DNA of 64,000 nt. Source: Eledone cirrhosa. Taxonomy: Eukaryota. Where the stretch lies: positions 199,392,001-199,456,000 of the forward strand of contig OZ024740.1 in the NCBI GenBank assembly GCA_964016885.1, in the 5' to 3' direction. Under the pieces are notes generated by a model. That model did not search any database and was not told where the DNA came from. It saw only the letters and a list, made by a program, of their open reading frames with translations. Positions 14,175-27,837 of this stretch are shown in pieces. The position numbers and the translations under genes were made by a program. The stretch's first letter is position 1; every line of letters starts with the position of its first letter.

Positions 14175-14435
14175 CAAAGTAGAATGTATAAAGAAAACGA
14201 AAAATCAGTGATGCATCTGGACTTAATTTATTGCTTCGCCGGCAGGTAGCTTGAGACATGGTTCTTGTATGGATCTGGCTGATTCTACTTCTGCAGGTTC
14301 TTTCAGACATGGGGGTCTGAAAGAGGTGTTATCATCAAAACCACCATAAAAAACCCTACTTCCACTCTTGTCATGCCATTAGCTGCTTTTACTCCACGTC
14401 ATCACAAGTTCTGGTCAGTATCTGCTGCCACACGG
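14175..14435 (-). repeat. Dispersed repeat family B (partial copy)
   Basis: Inverse of 18720-19003 and 47885-48152, sharing gatgcatctgg and ggatctggctgattctacttctgc. Confidence 0.8.
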
Positions 14436-14555
14436 GTCATCTTGTTGTATTACTTTATCACACATCCTTTATGTATATCCGTATATATCCGTATATGTAT
14501 GTATGAATATGTGTACATGTGTCTGTGTGTATGTGTGTGTGTGTATATTTATATG

Positions 14556-14608
<53 letters not shown>

Positions 14609-15917
14609 TATTGTATATTATATTTTATTGTATATTTTATGTTACGGTAATTTACCGGTATGTTATGTTATATTGTTTTTTTTTGTTTTTGTTCTTTTTT
14701 GCATAATGTATTTTTAACTTTTAATTTACGGTTTTGGTTATATATGGTGGAGGCACATGTGTGTGTAGGCAAATATGCATATGTGCAGGTGTATGCATGT
14801 GGCAGCACCTGTGCGTATGCATGTGTAGATGTATGTATATATGTAGACATATGCGTAGGTATATGTATGTATATATGTGGCTGTGCGTATGCATGTGAAG
14901 TTGTCGTGTCTTTTGTATATATATATATATATATATATATTAAGACGGGGGAAGAAAAATTGACTTCACTTGTGCTTTCAACAAATTTATTTTTTTCACA
15001 AAATCCAAAAATCATTTTTTTTTTTCCCCTAAAAAAATTATTTTATAATTTAAGTTGTTGGTTGTTGGTTAGGTCTTAGGAGTTCTTGGTTAACGTAGGG
15101 GGTATTGTTTCGTTTTTAGAACGACCTTTCACGCTGAGGTGCGCTTGTGAAACTGATGTGTATGTGGTGTGTTGTTCTATATATAGGGATTTAATATGTC
15201 TGTGGTGTGGTGGGAGTTTTTTTCTCCCCCTTTAATAAGTGTATGGGTGTAGGTGTGTTGAAAAAGTGTTAATAGCAGTAATGAGTTGAGACGGTGAGTA
15301 GGGTTGGGTGGGGAGAAATGTAGCAGGTGCGGCCTGCCCCTTGTCATTCTCGAAAAATTCATTTATTCAGGGGAAAAAGCTTTTAGTATTCCTTTGTGTT
15401 GAGAATGGTCATAGGCAAATCGCACCTGCCAAGTTTGTAAACAATTATTTTTTTCTAAAGAATTTTTCTACGTCCATCCCAAAATTAGTCCTTTGTTCAA
15501 CACACACATATGTGCGTATACACGTACAGACACACACGGGCATATGTAGGAATATATAGGCACACACAATCAGTCACACACCCATGTACATATACATCCA
15601 CATACATACACAAAAACCTATAAAGACACATATAAAAACACATATACATATGCGTACACACACGAATAAGTACTCATAACTCCACATGGGTATATATATA
15701 TACATACATATACATACATATACACACATAAAGATACATAACTAAATATACATATATACACATACACGCACACATACGCACACACACACACACACGTGTA
15801 CACACACACACACACACATATACATATGTCCGTATATATACCTCCGTTCACACATACATGCATACTCACACACATACACACATACATATATATATATATA
15901 TATAGAGAGAGAGAGGC

Positions 15918-15971
<54 letters not shown>

Positions 15972-15975
<4 letters not shown>

Positions 15976-16092
15976 CGTTTCTGAATTTGTTTAGAAAGAT
16001 TCTTTATCTGAAATCGTGTGTTGAAACCGATATTGTTATACTGGTGCGTGTGTTTCTTATTGGCAACATGACCCTCCCAAAGTATAACAATA
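15972..16092. repeat. Short TA-embedded element, family C, with a terminal hairpin
   Basis: Matches 57595-57678 and, inverted, 57815-57900. Confidence 0.75.
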
Positions 16093-16199
16093 TATATATA
16101 TACATACATATATATATACATATATGTAGACATAAACACATACATACACATACACACATATACATACATATACACATATATCTATATCTATATATATAT

Positions 16200-16235
<36 letters not shown>

Positions 16236-16359
16236 TCATACATACACATACGCATACACATACAAGTACATACATACACACATACATATATACACATACA
16301 TATACATACATATATATATATATATATATACATATATACATATATATACACATACACAC

Positions 16360-16416
<57 letters not shown>

Positions 16417-16439
16417 TACAAGCACATAAAGACACATAT

Positions 16440-16530
<91 letters not shown>

Positions 16531-16676
16531 TATACATACATCTACATAAATACATACATATACACGTACGGAAACATACACATATGTACACACATATATA
16601 CATATATGCACATACATACACACACACATATATATATAGATACATACATATACATACACACACATATAAACATATA

Positions 16677-16715
<39 letters not shown>

Positions 16716-17296
16716 GATTGATAATGTTTTCAAAAAAACTAATTAACCCACGTGTATATTATTTTTTTCTTCATTTCGTGAGTTGTCTCCCCCTCCCGCT
16801 TCGTGTCGCTATGATACTTCCTCAGTCAAAAACTGCTGGAATTTCAAATTTGGCAGTCATTCGAGGCGAGAGAGAGCTACTTTACGGACATGATTTTTGA
16901 CAGCGGTAAGAAATGGTTTTCTTATATCAATGTTTAATGGGCGTCCACTGATGATTTATTAGTGCCCACCTAAATATATTCTTACATGAATATATATTAG
17001 GCTTCTACATAAACTGGAAACATTCTCCCAAACTTGTAGAAAACTTATAAAGAAACAATTGTTTGGAAAGAGAGATATACTTTAACTTTAATTATATCTC
17101 CTAAAATAATACAACTGGTTTTTCCATATTATACATATTGTTAGCACCCCAAACACTTAATTTGGGTTTATATTTTAATATAACCTAATGTTTGTTGAGT
17201 GAGATGGTTACCGGTCAGAGAATAGCTTTAAACTATCTCTGTTATTGTATTAATTATATATATATATATATACATTTATTAAAATAACAGATTAAA

Positions 17297-17345
17297 GTTT
17301 AAGCAAAGAATCGCTGCTTTCACCCTTAACGGGATCTTCTGAAAT
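17297..17345 (-). ncRNA. Hammerhead-like motif (CAGAAGA core, CUU triplet)
   Basis: Reverse complement reads ttt-CAGAAGA-tcccgttaagggt-GAAAG-cagcgattctttg-CTT-aaac. A second copy lies at 58248-58294. Confidence 0.5.
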
Positions 17346-17843
17346 TAACAAAGTCAATCTGTAAACGCAGAACTGGATATTTCAAAGAACGTTGCAACCG
17401 GAGGAAGACAGGAAGACGATACTTTAGCTCGTGGAAACGTTCGCTGGCAAAGAACGGGAAAAAACGAATATAATACGTCATTAATAGGAGCGGTGAAAAA
17501 CAATTACGCGCAAAAACAGAACCACGTTTATGGTATAAAAGAGGTCGTAGACTAATGTTCTCTTATAATATATACAAACATACACGTACATACATATACA
17601 TATACATATATATACACACACATATATATATATATATACATACACAGACACATACACACATCCATACATATATATACACACACACACATACACACACCCA
17701 AATACATATATACCCACACGTACATACATCCATACATACCTACACACATATATGTGTGTGTCTCACCGTTCACTCAGATAATCATGTGTACACATAAGAA
17801 GAGGGGTGGGTAGTGAAATGGAATTTTACCTCCGAGTGTTAAT

Positions 17844-18063
17844 TCATTTTTTCGTGTTCAGTAGTGGTTTAAATTTTTCAATGAAGTATTCTTCTTTATA
17901 TCTGCCGAAATGTTCGTTATCCGACCATATCTTGAAGAAAGGGAAGATTGTGAATTTTCCCATCCCGCATGGTGCAAAGTGTGCGCTACATGTGGTTTTT
18001 CTGACTGTGGGGTCTTTAATTTGTTGTTTATGTACACGGACTCTATCATGTAATCCGGTTCCG

Positions 18064-18064
<1 letters not shown>
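17844..18064 (-). pseudogene. Neptune-like PLE GIY-YIG C-terminal fragment
   Basis: TGTGLHDRVRVHKQQI..SAHFAPC..FTIFPFFK..FIEKFKPLLN parallels the end of ORF 62393-62917. Confidence 0.8.
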
Positions 18065-18094
<30 letters not shown>

Positions 18095-18444
18095 CATATG
18101 TGTGTGTATGTACGTGTGTATGTAATGTTTGTGTACGTATGTGTATTTGTATGTATGTGTGGGCATGTGTGAGTATATATATATATATATATATATATGT
18201 GTATGTATGTATTATGTGTATATATATGTGTATGCACATGTGTGTGTATATGTATATATGTGTATGTATGTGTGTATGTATATATGTGTGTGTATGAGTG
18301 TGTATATATATATATAAATGTATATAAGGTTGGGCGTATGTATGTGTGCGCGCGTATTTATTTATATATGTGTATGCTTGAGTAGGCCATGCTTATACCA
18401 CCGGATACATGGGGCGAATTAAGCAGCCGTCATAAGGCATGTGG

Positions 18445-19003
18445 GGATATGTATCTACAAGTGGGTGTGACTGGGTCCGTGGAAGTGAGGGAGAGAGTGT
18501 GTGTGTATATATACATTTATGTATGTATGTGGGGGTGTGCGTGTTTGCGCATATAGGCGTATGTGTGTGTATGCATAAATAAGTACGTGTCTGCATGTGT
18601 GTGTGTTTGTGTGTGTATATTAGTATGTGTGGGTGCTTACTCTGAACTGTGAGCAGACGTGTGGAATACTGAACCCAGCATGACTCCATCGAAATGTGTC
18701 GGACGGAAAATGGCTGATGAACCGTGTGGCAGCAGGTACTGGCCAGAACTTGTGATAACGTGGAGTAAAAACAGCCAATGGCATGAAAAGAGTGGAAGTG
18801 CACTTTTTTTAGGGTGTTTTTTATGATAACACCCCAGTGATAAAATTTGCTCCAGACGAAACACCCGTGTCTGAAAGAACAGGCAGAAGTAGAATAACCC
18901 AGATCCATACAAGGACCATGTCTCAAGCTACCTGCCGGCAAAACGATTGTAACACGCAATAAATTTAATCCAGATGCATCACTGATTTTTTGTTTTCTTT
19001 ATA
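18445..19003 (+). repeat. Dispersed repeat family B with an HHR-like motif at 18866-18956
   Basis: Colinear with 47615-48152 and ends at a TA tract. Confidence 0.8.
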
Positions 19004-19260
19004 CTATATATATATCTACACACACACAAATTATATATATATATATAATATATAAGATCAAAAGATGGTTAAAGGAGTTCCATGTATTTTATTATGCGCA
19101 TTTCAAAGACAAACATCATCATGCAATAATATTTGTGTTTTCATCAGATAAAACAGGACATGATATGAAGGCTAAAAAACACTTGTGGATAGTGCAGTTT
19201 TAAATCAACATATCGATATCTGCATTGCTTTATTGTACTACAATAAAACTCACCTCCTAC

Positions 19261-19315
<55 letters not shown>

Positions 19316-19316
19316 T

Positions 19317-19374
<58 letters not shown>

Positions 19375-19376
19375 CG

Positions 19377-19442
<66 letters not shown>

Positions 19443-19468
19443 AAGATATATATATATGTATATATATG

Positions 19469-19521
<53 letters not shown>

Positions 19522-19539
19522 TTGTATATATATATATAC

Positions 19540-19596
<57 letters not shown>

Positions 19597-19605
19597 TATA
19601 TAGAG

Positions 19606-19648
<43 letters not shown>

Positions 19649-19884
19649 TATATATATGTGTGTGCGTGTGTGTGTATGTGCGTGTGTGTGTGTGTGTATG
19701 GGTGTGTATGTGGGTTTTTGTGTTTGTCTAACGTTCTCTGATTCTCTGTTACTGTCACAAACGAAACCAATTACTTCCTGTCTTATATCCATCTATTCAA
19801 TTTTCTTTTTCTTTATTTTCAATGAAATTCCAGACGCCCTCTTTGTTTGAAGTACATATTCATCCATTATAACAACTACTACTG

Positions 19885-19917
<33 letters not shown>

Positions 19918-19977
19918 ATACTACTACTAATACTACTACTACTACTACTAATACTACTACTACTACTAATAATAATA

Positions 19978-20170
19978 ATTGTTTCTACTTTTGGCACAAG
20001 GCCAGCAATTATCCAGTACATTGCTGGTACTTTATTTTATCGACCCCATAAGGATGAAAGGCAAAGTTAACCTCGGCGGGATTTGAACTCAGAATGGCAA
20101 GGGACGTAACTCTATGCGTCAAAGCATGGCGTCCAACCCTCTACCGATACTGCCAATTCACCGCCCTACT
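19978..20170 (-). mobile_element. tRNA-derived SINE
   Basis: Reverse complement has an A box (TGGCAGTATCGG), a B box (GAGTTCAAATCCC) and the central domain GCCTTTCATCCTTATGGGGTCGATAAAATAAAGTACCAG. Trinucleotide tail. Confidence 0.8.
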
Positions 20171-20190
20171 AATAATAATAATAATAATAG

Positions 20191-20900
20191 AGCAGGCCCT
20201 CAAAACGAAGTGGTTGAAACACCATATGTACAAGGAGGAGGCTAGCCCACTGTGGACGATCTGTGGGGAGAGAGAGAGGAGACTGTGGCTCACACTGTAT
20301 CCGAGTGTAAACACCTAGCCCAGACTCACTATAAGGGCTGGAGACATGATGTGATGGGCAGGGTGATCCACTGCCACCTATGCAAAGTAAACAAGTTACC
20401 CCATTCTGAGAAGTGGTATGAGCATAAGCCAGAGTCGGTGATAGAAAACGATCAGGTGAAGGTGCTGTGGGATTTTAGGATACAGACGGACAAGAAACTT
20501 GAACACAATAGACCTGACCTGGTAGTTTGGGACAAGGAAAAAAGATCGTGCCTGATTGCGGATGTGGCCTTCCCATTCGACACGAGAGTACAAGAGAAGG
20601 AGAGGAAGAAAATTAACCGATATCAGGACTTAAAGTGGGAGGTAAAAAGGATTTGGAACTGCCATGAAGTCAAAGTGGTCCCGATTGTCATAGGCGCACT
20701 AGGTACTATCTCAAACAGTTTCCAGGGCTGGTTAACGAAAATTGGCCCCTTCAAGCTTTTTGGAACGCTTCAAAAGGCATGCTTGCTGGGAACAGCAAGT
20801 ACCCTCCGATACGTCCTGAATATCTGAAGCTGCAGGTAGTGGCTTGATATTCATTTCAACAAACTTTCCAGTTAACTAACATCAATGACTGAGACTCAAT
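20191..20900 (+). mobile_element. 5'-truncated R4/Dong-like non-LTR retrotransposon (CCHC knuckle plus restriction-like endonuclease)
   Basis: ICG..EETVAHTVSEC, RHD, LWDFRIQTD, RPDLVVWD..LIADV, KINRYQDL and PIVIGALG, with the stop at 20827. (AAT)n on both sides. Confidence 0.88.
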
Positions 20901-20927
20901 AATAATAACAATAATAATAAGAACAAT

Positions 20928-21093
20928 AATTGTTTCTACTTTTGGCACAAGGCCAGCAATTTCCCAGTGTATTACTGGTACTTTATTTTATCGACCCCCG
21001 TAAGGATGAAAGGAAAAGTTAACCTCGGCGGGATTTGAACTCAGAATGGCAAGGGCCGTATATCTATGCGTCAAAGCATGGCGTCCGACCCTC
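20928..21093 (-). mobile_element. tRNA-derived SINE, 5'-truncated copy
   Basis: Same family as 19978-20170. Confidence 0.8.
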
Positions 21094-21105
21094 AACAATA
21101 ATAAT

Positions 21106-21283
21106 AATTGTTTCTACTTTAGGCACAAGGCCAGCAATTACCCAGTGCATTACTGGTACTTTATTTTATCGACCCCGTAAGGATGAAAGGCAAAGTCAAC
21201 CTCGGCGGGATTTGAACTCAGATCGTAAAGGGACGTAACTATGCTGGAAAGCATGGCGTCTGACCCTCTACCGATACTGCCAA
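21106..21283 (-). mobile_element. tRNA-derived SINE copy
   Basis: Same family as 19978-20170, with (AAT)n flanks. Confidence 0.8.
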
Positions 21284-22572
21284 GTAATAATAATAATAAT
21301 ACTACATCCCTAATATTATTATTATTATCAATACTAATAATAATAATTAAAATAATCAACTTGAAAAGTCAACATACTAATTGCGGACTTAGTAACAGTG
21401 TCGAAGAGTGTGTCCCAGATGCGTGATCCTAAGGAATTAGAGAGACACATACAACACTTCGCTGGGTACAACAAAGAGACGGGATCAGGCTGTATAGAGA
21501 AGCCAGTGTGAAATGGGTGAAGATCATAGAAAACGATGTGAATGGGACTTACCCCATGTATAGAAGCAAATTATGGAATAGGATAGACAAACTTATGGTA
21601 TGACAGCAACAAATACCACAGTGTAATATTCGTCAATGCTACCCCCAGAGGCGAACTACTATACAGATTTAGAAGGTCTCACAACGAATTAAAATGAAAT
21701 ATTAAGATTAGCTCTACGTATCCATCATGCACTGATAGGTAATGTATTTCCTGCAGATTAAGCCCACAACATAAGTGTAAATAACTGTAAAACTATATAT
21801 GCTATATACGCATTTTATATAGCATAAGGTGAGACGGGTTGTAGGATAGGAGAAAGCATAAACGAACATTGCTGACAATTAAAAGATGAGAAAAACTCGT
21901 CAGAACTCCCCCATGCCAGAATGGAACATGGGGATTCACCAGAGAAAATTGAGATAGAAATTATATCCACACATAGCACAGATCAAATGATCCGACCACT
22001 TACTGAAGCGACAAACATAAAAGAACTCGATCAAAACTAAATAGTAAACACGAGCAATAACTTCACAATGTAGTGATGAAGCATAATATATAGATATATT
22101 ACACACAGTAGCTAAATTAATAAGATAAACCAAACACACACACAGACAGGACAGGTAACCAACTAGTGACAAAGAGGTAAGTGATAAAATATATAAATAA
22201 ATTGATAATAAACAAATACAATATAAATAAATAAACACAAAAACCCGGATATAAGGCATGCGCAGCCAGAGTACACAACTTACAAAATACAAAATGTTGT
22301 AAGACAGAACAAAGGAGAGACAAACAATAACAAATTAGTCGCTGAGAATGTCACAGAATATGTATGAATGAACATTAATGGCACTCAACCACTAGCAAAC
22401 TATTGGGTGATTAAACTATTTGACTGAAAAATTATAATAATTAATTGCATTTAAATCAAACAGCTGCGTGAGATTTTTAAGGTATACTGACGAATGTAAT
22501 GTGCATAGTGCTTCTCTCATCATACCAAAGAAAATATTGAAATACTACACTATAAACACATATTATATATAC

Positions 22573-22629
<57 letters not shown>

Positions 22630-22632
<3 letters not shown>

Positions 22633-22830
22633 CGAAGGAAATGTGGTAAGGAACCAGGTGGACCATAACGCACCAAGGTACTCAATACTTGGGGTAGTAG
22701 AGTGGGTAATAGGAACCAGTAAGACCCCGACAACTGAGCTCAAGCCGTTTCGACGGCTGATTCCGGACTCAATCTGTCCAGAATTAGCCGTCGAAACGGC
22801 TTGAGCTCAGCTGTCGGGGTCTTACTGGTT

Positions 22831-22832
<2 letters not shown>
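22630..22832. mobile_element. Short fold-back element, family A
   Basis: Tail 22630-22707, then hairpin 22708-22832 containing GAAAC-ggcttgagctcagct-GTC. TA tracts on both sides. Confidence 0.8.
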
Positions 22833-22902
<70 letters not shown>

Positions 22903-22955
22903 ATATGTGTTTATAGTGTAGTATTTCACTATTTTCTCTATATATATATATATAT

Positions 22956-23156
22956 GTAGAAGTACTATTTAAATTGTTGGGATACAACAAGCAAATATTG
23001 TTATAACTGATATAAAGCACTCAACAAATAATTGGAATAAAAATACGATATTAAATGGAAACTATATTTATAAAACCATATTTATTTCATTGTCCTTGAA
23101 ATATGTATAATGAAATAAATATAGTTTTATAAATATAGTTTCCATTTGTTAATATA

Positions 23157-23158
<2 letters not shown>
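22956..23158. mobile_element. Short fold-back element, family D
   Basis: aaatggaaactatatttataaaaccatatttatttcatt and its inverse. Same terminus as 27747-30672 and 42745-43100. Confidence 0.8.
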
Positions 23159-23208
<50 letters not shown>

Positions 23209-23230
23209 TATATATATATATATGTATATA

Positions 23231-23329
<99 letters not shown>

Positions 23330-23336
23330 ATGTATG

Positions 23337-23373
<37 letters not shown>

Positions 23374-23562
23374 TTATTAGTTAAGTTTTGTAGATTGAGA
23401 GCGTGCAGAAATCTGTCGAATATATATATATATGGTGGCTGCCAACTCGTTTTCGAGTACGGCCACTACTTTATATCCATGTAGGAGAATTACTACCGAT
23501 GCGCTGAACGAATGTGACTTTTTAGTCTAGCCAGCGACTTGAAAACTCTGGTACAAACACTA

Positions 23563-23603
<41 letters not shown>

Positions 23604-23694
23604 CATACATACATATATATACATCATATATATACATCATATAGATACATCATATATATACATATATACTTACATATATACATATATATATATT

Positions 23695-23755
<61 letters not shown>

Positions 23756-24134
23756 TATATATATATATATATGAGAATAAACGTGCTGCGGAGTTGCAAA
23801 TGGGTTACATATGAATAAAGTGGTCCTTCATCAGTGATCTTCCAACCATTATCGGTATTTCTTCGCTTTAAAGAGCATATACCTCCGGTTGGTGCGAGCA
23901 ACGGCTAAAGAAAGTCGTTGGGACACGTAAATAAAGACCATCAAACCTGGTTAAAATGTGAGCAAGGAAGGAATTTCGCACAGGTCTAACGGGAGTAAGA
24001 AGGGGTCTAGTCCGTGAATTCGGTGAACATAAGTTCTGTGAAATCGTAGAACGAGAAAGAGAAAAAAGGCGAACCGGCCTGGGCAAGCGTGCATAAATAT
24101 ATGTATATGAGCACGGGCGCTCTATCTCAAAATT

Positions 24135-24172
24135 ATTTTTGAAAAGCATTAGAAATGCGCAACCGGTAAAAA
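24135..24172 (+). ncRNA. Hammerhead-like motif, U3-A8 variant (GAAA mutated to GCAA)
   Basis: ttt-TTGAAAA-gcattagaaatgc-GCAAC-cg-GTA-aaa, preceded by ctctatctcaa as at about 992. Confidence 0.5.
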
Positions 24173-24288
24173 CTTAAAACTAAAACTGAATACTAACCAA
24201 TACTTATAACTAATTTTTACTTATTCCTAATTAAACTATTTTTCACTGGGATCTATTTGTCAGCATTTTCTTTTTCTTTTACCAATAT

Positions 24289-24319
<31 letters not shown>

Positions 24320-24353
24320 AAGAAAAAAAGATATATATTTAAAAAAATATATA

Positions 24354-24460
<107 letters not shown>

Positions 24461-24590
24461 TGAGTATATGTTGGTTGTATGCAGGCTGGAGCACTCGACA
24501 AAGTGCGCAGTTTGGTTTGGTTACACCGGAGTAATGTAAAATAAAGTAAAATAAATAAGTCAAGTGTTTAAAATTTAGCTTCATTTATTA

Positions 24591-24643
24591 CTGCTATATA
24601 TATTTCGGTGACAGCCATCTTTGGCTGTGACCTCTTCAGGCAG
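24591..24643 (-). ncRNA. Type I hammerhead ribozyme
   Basis: Reverse complement reads ctgc-CTGAAGA-ggtcacagccaaagatggctgtcacc-GAA-ATATATAT-A-gcag. Confidence 0.85.
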
Positions 24644-25756
24644 TCCGAATTAGTGTCGTATAGACAAGTACATATGTTGTTGAGGTGTATAATTTTGTCA
24701 ATATTCTGATATGCCCAGTTCCTGGTTGGGTTGTTATTTCACTGAGGAACTGGAATCATATGAATTCAAACAAACGAATTTCAGTGTCAAAGGGCCTCTT
24801 CTCCTCTCATTGGTCAGTTGTTAGAACATTCCTCATTCAAAAGTCTATAGAAATTCGTTCTGAGGCAAGCCAATCTGTAGTTGTTGTTCTTGTCATTGTT
24901 AGGTACACCTGACCTCAATTCTTGTGTTGGTAGTTTTGTTATTGTTTTGTTATTGTAGAAGGAACAAGGTGGTAAAGGAACAAAATAACAAAAAAATGTG
25001 AAACTTCCCATTGGTCAGTCAGAAGTCTATAGGAATTCTTTCTGGGGTGAGGCTCCCTGTAGTGTTTGTCTTTGCTATTGTTAAGTACATTTGACCTCCA
25101 CCCTTATTTCGGTAGTGTTGTTGGTGTTGTGGTCAGCTTATGTCTTGCTGCTGCTGACAATTTAGAAGTATCTGTGTGTGTTTTTTCATCCCTCCTGTCA
25201 CCATCTCCCGTGATGGTGGTGGTGTTGGTGGTGGTGTGTGTGTGTGTGGGGGGGGGGGGGGGTTATTCCATGTATATGAAGAAATATAAGGCAATAAATG
25301 AAGAAAACATAAATAAATAATAAATAGAGAATAAAGTATGAATGAAAAATTGGTGTAAATGTAATGAAAATGAATATGGAGAAGTGAAAAATAAAATGAA
25401 GATTCAAATACAGTAGGATGAAGTGTATGTGTGCTATAACCAATCTCAAGGTCAGAAATATGTTTGATAGATTGGTATGAGGACAAGTTGTTAAAATAAT
25501 AAAAGAATAAGATAATCAAACAAAATGTGTTTGTGTTATATAGATGTTGGCCAAATTATAATGGCTGTGTCCGATTCAATCTCTAGGCTATCATGGTGTC
25601 TGCTCAGCCTGGGTTATTCCCTATGGCTTGAGGGGAGTTCTCAACCTAGGGTGTTGTTACTGCCCATATAGCTTGAGGGAGGTCTGGCCGAGAGGTGTAT
25701 ACATGTTCTGGATAAGTCCCTATAGCTTGAGGGGAGTTCACATCTTCTTCTGTTGC

Positions 25757-26790
25757 TACTGTCCATACATCTTGAGGAAGGTCCCGGCTCTAAGGTGTCT
25801 GCATGTCCCGAAGAAGTCGGTTCTGAGGTTTATCAGGCCGCTTCCACCTCTTAGTATCTCGAGGGTCTCGTTCAGGCATAGTTTGCATATGCAAGATCCC
25901 CCTTTATCGGGTGGTACTTTCCTGATTATTTACCAGGCCAGAGAGTACGGAGTCCAGATCATGTCGGAGAGACGTGCTTTTCCTTTTGGCCTCCTTATTG
26001 AATGAATGGCGATGGTTGTACCAGCGGTCTTTAAAGCTCGTTGATGTGGCTCCTATGTAGACGTGTTCGGAGTTGAGGGTTTTAACCCTACAACCGTATA
26101 ATAGGTTCTTCTTAAGGCATTCATTACGAAGGGGGAAAGATTCGGGGTTTCTGCAGTTGCAGAGAGTGGTCGACCTCTGCGTGCCTATATTAGGGTTCCC
26201 GTTATGTGTTACATGGTGGTCTTCCCCCAAGCACGGTGGGGGCTCCCCGGGTCTGCTTGGTCTTCTTGGGTGGGCTCTGGGTCCCCCCCCCCTTCCCTCC
26301 TTTCACATGGTTGTGCTTAGTGCTTGTCTTGCCATCTTCTTGTTGTGTGTGGTTTTTAGGCCTATTCCTGTTGATGCTAGCTATGTGTTGGGCCAGATTT
26401 CTCGTGGTGGAATACGAGAGCTTCACAGTATGTCTGTTGAAGAGCCTGTGGTATCTATGGTCCCTCGGGAAGCATTTATCAAGTGCTCCAAAGAATGATC
26501 GGTCCAAGCTGTTCTTTAGGGATGCTGAGTAGGGTGGGTTGTACCACGTGATTTTTCTCTCTCCTCCTATATGTGTGGGTCGGGGGCGTCGTGATTTATT
26601 GGAGATTTGTTGGGTTACCGGTGGTTCCCGCACTGTTGCTTCCCCTTTGGGCGCTATGCTGTTTGTAATCTTCACGGCCCGAATCTGTGGGGTGGTGGTT
26701 GCCCGCGCTGGGAGATCTATCGTAGGGTGCCCCCCCCCCCCCCCCGCACACGTGCCCTGCAGTTGGGGTCGTCGGTCTTGGGGTGGTTAG
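25757..26790 (-). pseudogene. Naiad-like PLE linker plus GIY-YIG endonuclease remnant
   Basis: ITWYNPPYS, KLSYSTT, CNCRNPESFPLRNECL, LLYGC, YIGATS..FKDRWYNHRHSF and CKLCLNE..TCRH. Confidence 0.88.
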
Positions 26791-27595
26791 CGTTACCCCT
26801 GAGACCACTTTATTTGAATCTTCATTTCATTTTTCACTCCTCCATATTCATTTTCATTACTTTATCACCAATTTTTCATTTATTCTTTATTCTCTATTTA
26901 TTATTTATTTTCTGTTTTCTTCATTTAGTGCCTTATATTTCTTCATATTACATGGAATAACCCCCCCCCCCATCACCACCACCACCACGGGAGATGGAGA
27001 CAGGAGGGATGAAAAAACACACACAGATACTTCTAAATTGTCAGCAGCAGCAAGACATAAGCTAACCACAACACCAACAACAATACTGAAATAAGGATGG
27101 AGGTCAAATGTACATAACAATAACAAACACAAACACTACAGGGAGCCTCACCCCAGAAAGAATTTCTATAGACTTCTGACTGAGGAATGCTCTCAAAGGT
27201 GACCAATGGGAAGTTTGAAATTTTTTTGTTATTTTGTTCCTTTACCACCTTGTTCCTTCTACCACTTTATCAATTTTTTAAGCTAACTCCAACAATAACA
27301 ACACTACCAACACAAGAATTGAGGTCAGATGTACCTAACAATAACAAGAACAACAACTACAGATTGGCTTGCCTCAGAACGAATTTCTATAGACTTTTGA
27401 ATGAGGAATATTCTAACAACTGACCAATGAGACGAGAAGAGGCCTTTTGACACTGAAATTCGTTTGTTTGAATTCATATGATTCCAGTTCTTCAGTGAAA
27501 TAACAACCCAACCAGGAACTGGGCATATCAGAATATTGACAAAATTATACACCTCAACAACATATCTACTTGTCTATACGACAATAATTCGGACT

Positions 27596-27648
27596 CTGCC
27601 TGAAGAGGTCACAACCAAAGACGGCTGTCACCGAAATATATATAGCAG
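27596..27648 (+). ncRNA. Type I hammerhead ribozyme
   Basis: ctgc-CTGAAGA-ggtcacaaccaaagacggctgtcacc-GAA-ATATATAT-A-gcag. Confidence 0.85.
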
Positions 27649-27695
27649 TAATAAATGAAGCTAAATTTTAAACATTTCACTTATTTATTTTACTT

Positions 27696-27732
<37 letters not shown>

Positions 27733-27774
27733 AACAACATGATCAATGGAAACTATATTTATAAAACCATATTT

Positions 27775-27837
27775 ATTTTATTATATATATTTCAAGAGCG
27801 ACCAGGCATAACCTGGTGCGCTTTCATCAGATAAAAT
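27775..27837 (-). ncRNA. Type I hammerhead ribozyme
   Basis: Reverse complement reads attttat-CTGATGA-aagcgcaccaggttatgcctggtcgctctt-GAA-ATATATAT-A-ataaaat. Confidence 0.8.

Noticed and set aside
13435-19850. Long ORFs rich in YI, CV, HT or ER dipeptides, here and throughout the window
   Set aside because: They are translations of stop-free (TA)n, (TG)n and (GA)n microsatellites.
19978-20170. tRNA gene
   Set aside because: A and B boxes are present, but there is no cloverleaf and the sequence is a multi-copy SINE head.
25620-25780. Spaced short repeats (tagcttgaggg) and the 33316-33428 array as CRISPR-like
   Set aside because: The spacers are themselves duplicated, the context is eukaryotic retroelement DNA, and there are no cas genes.
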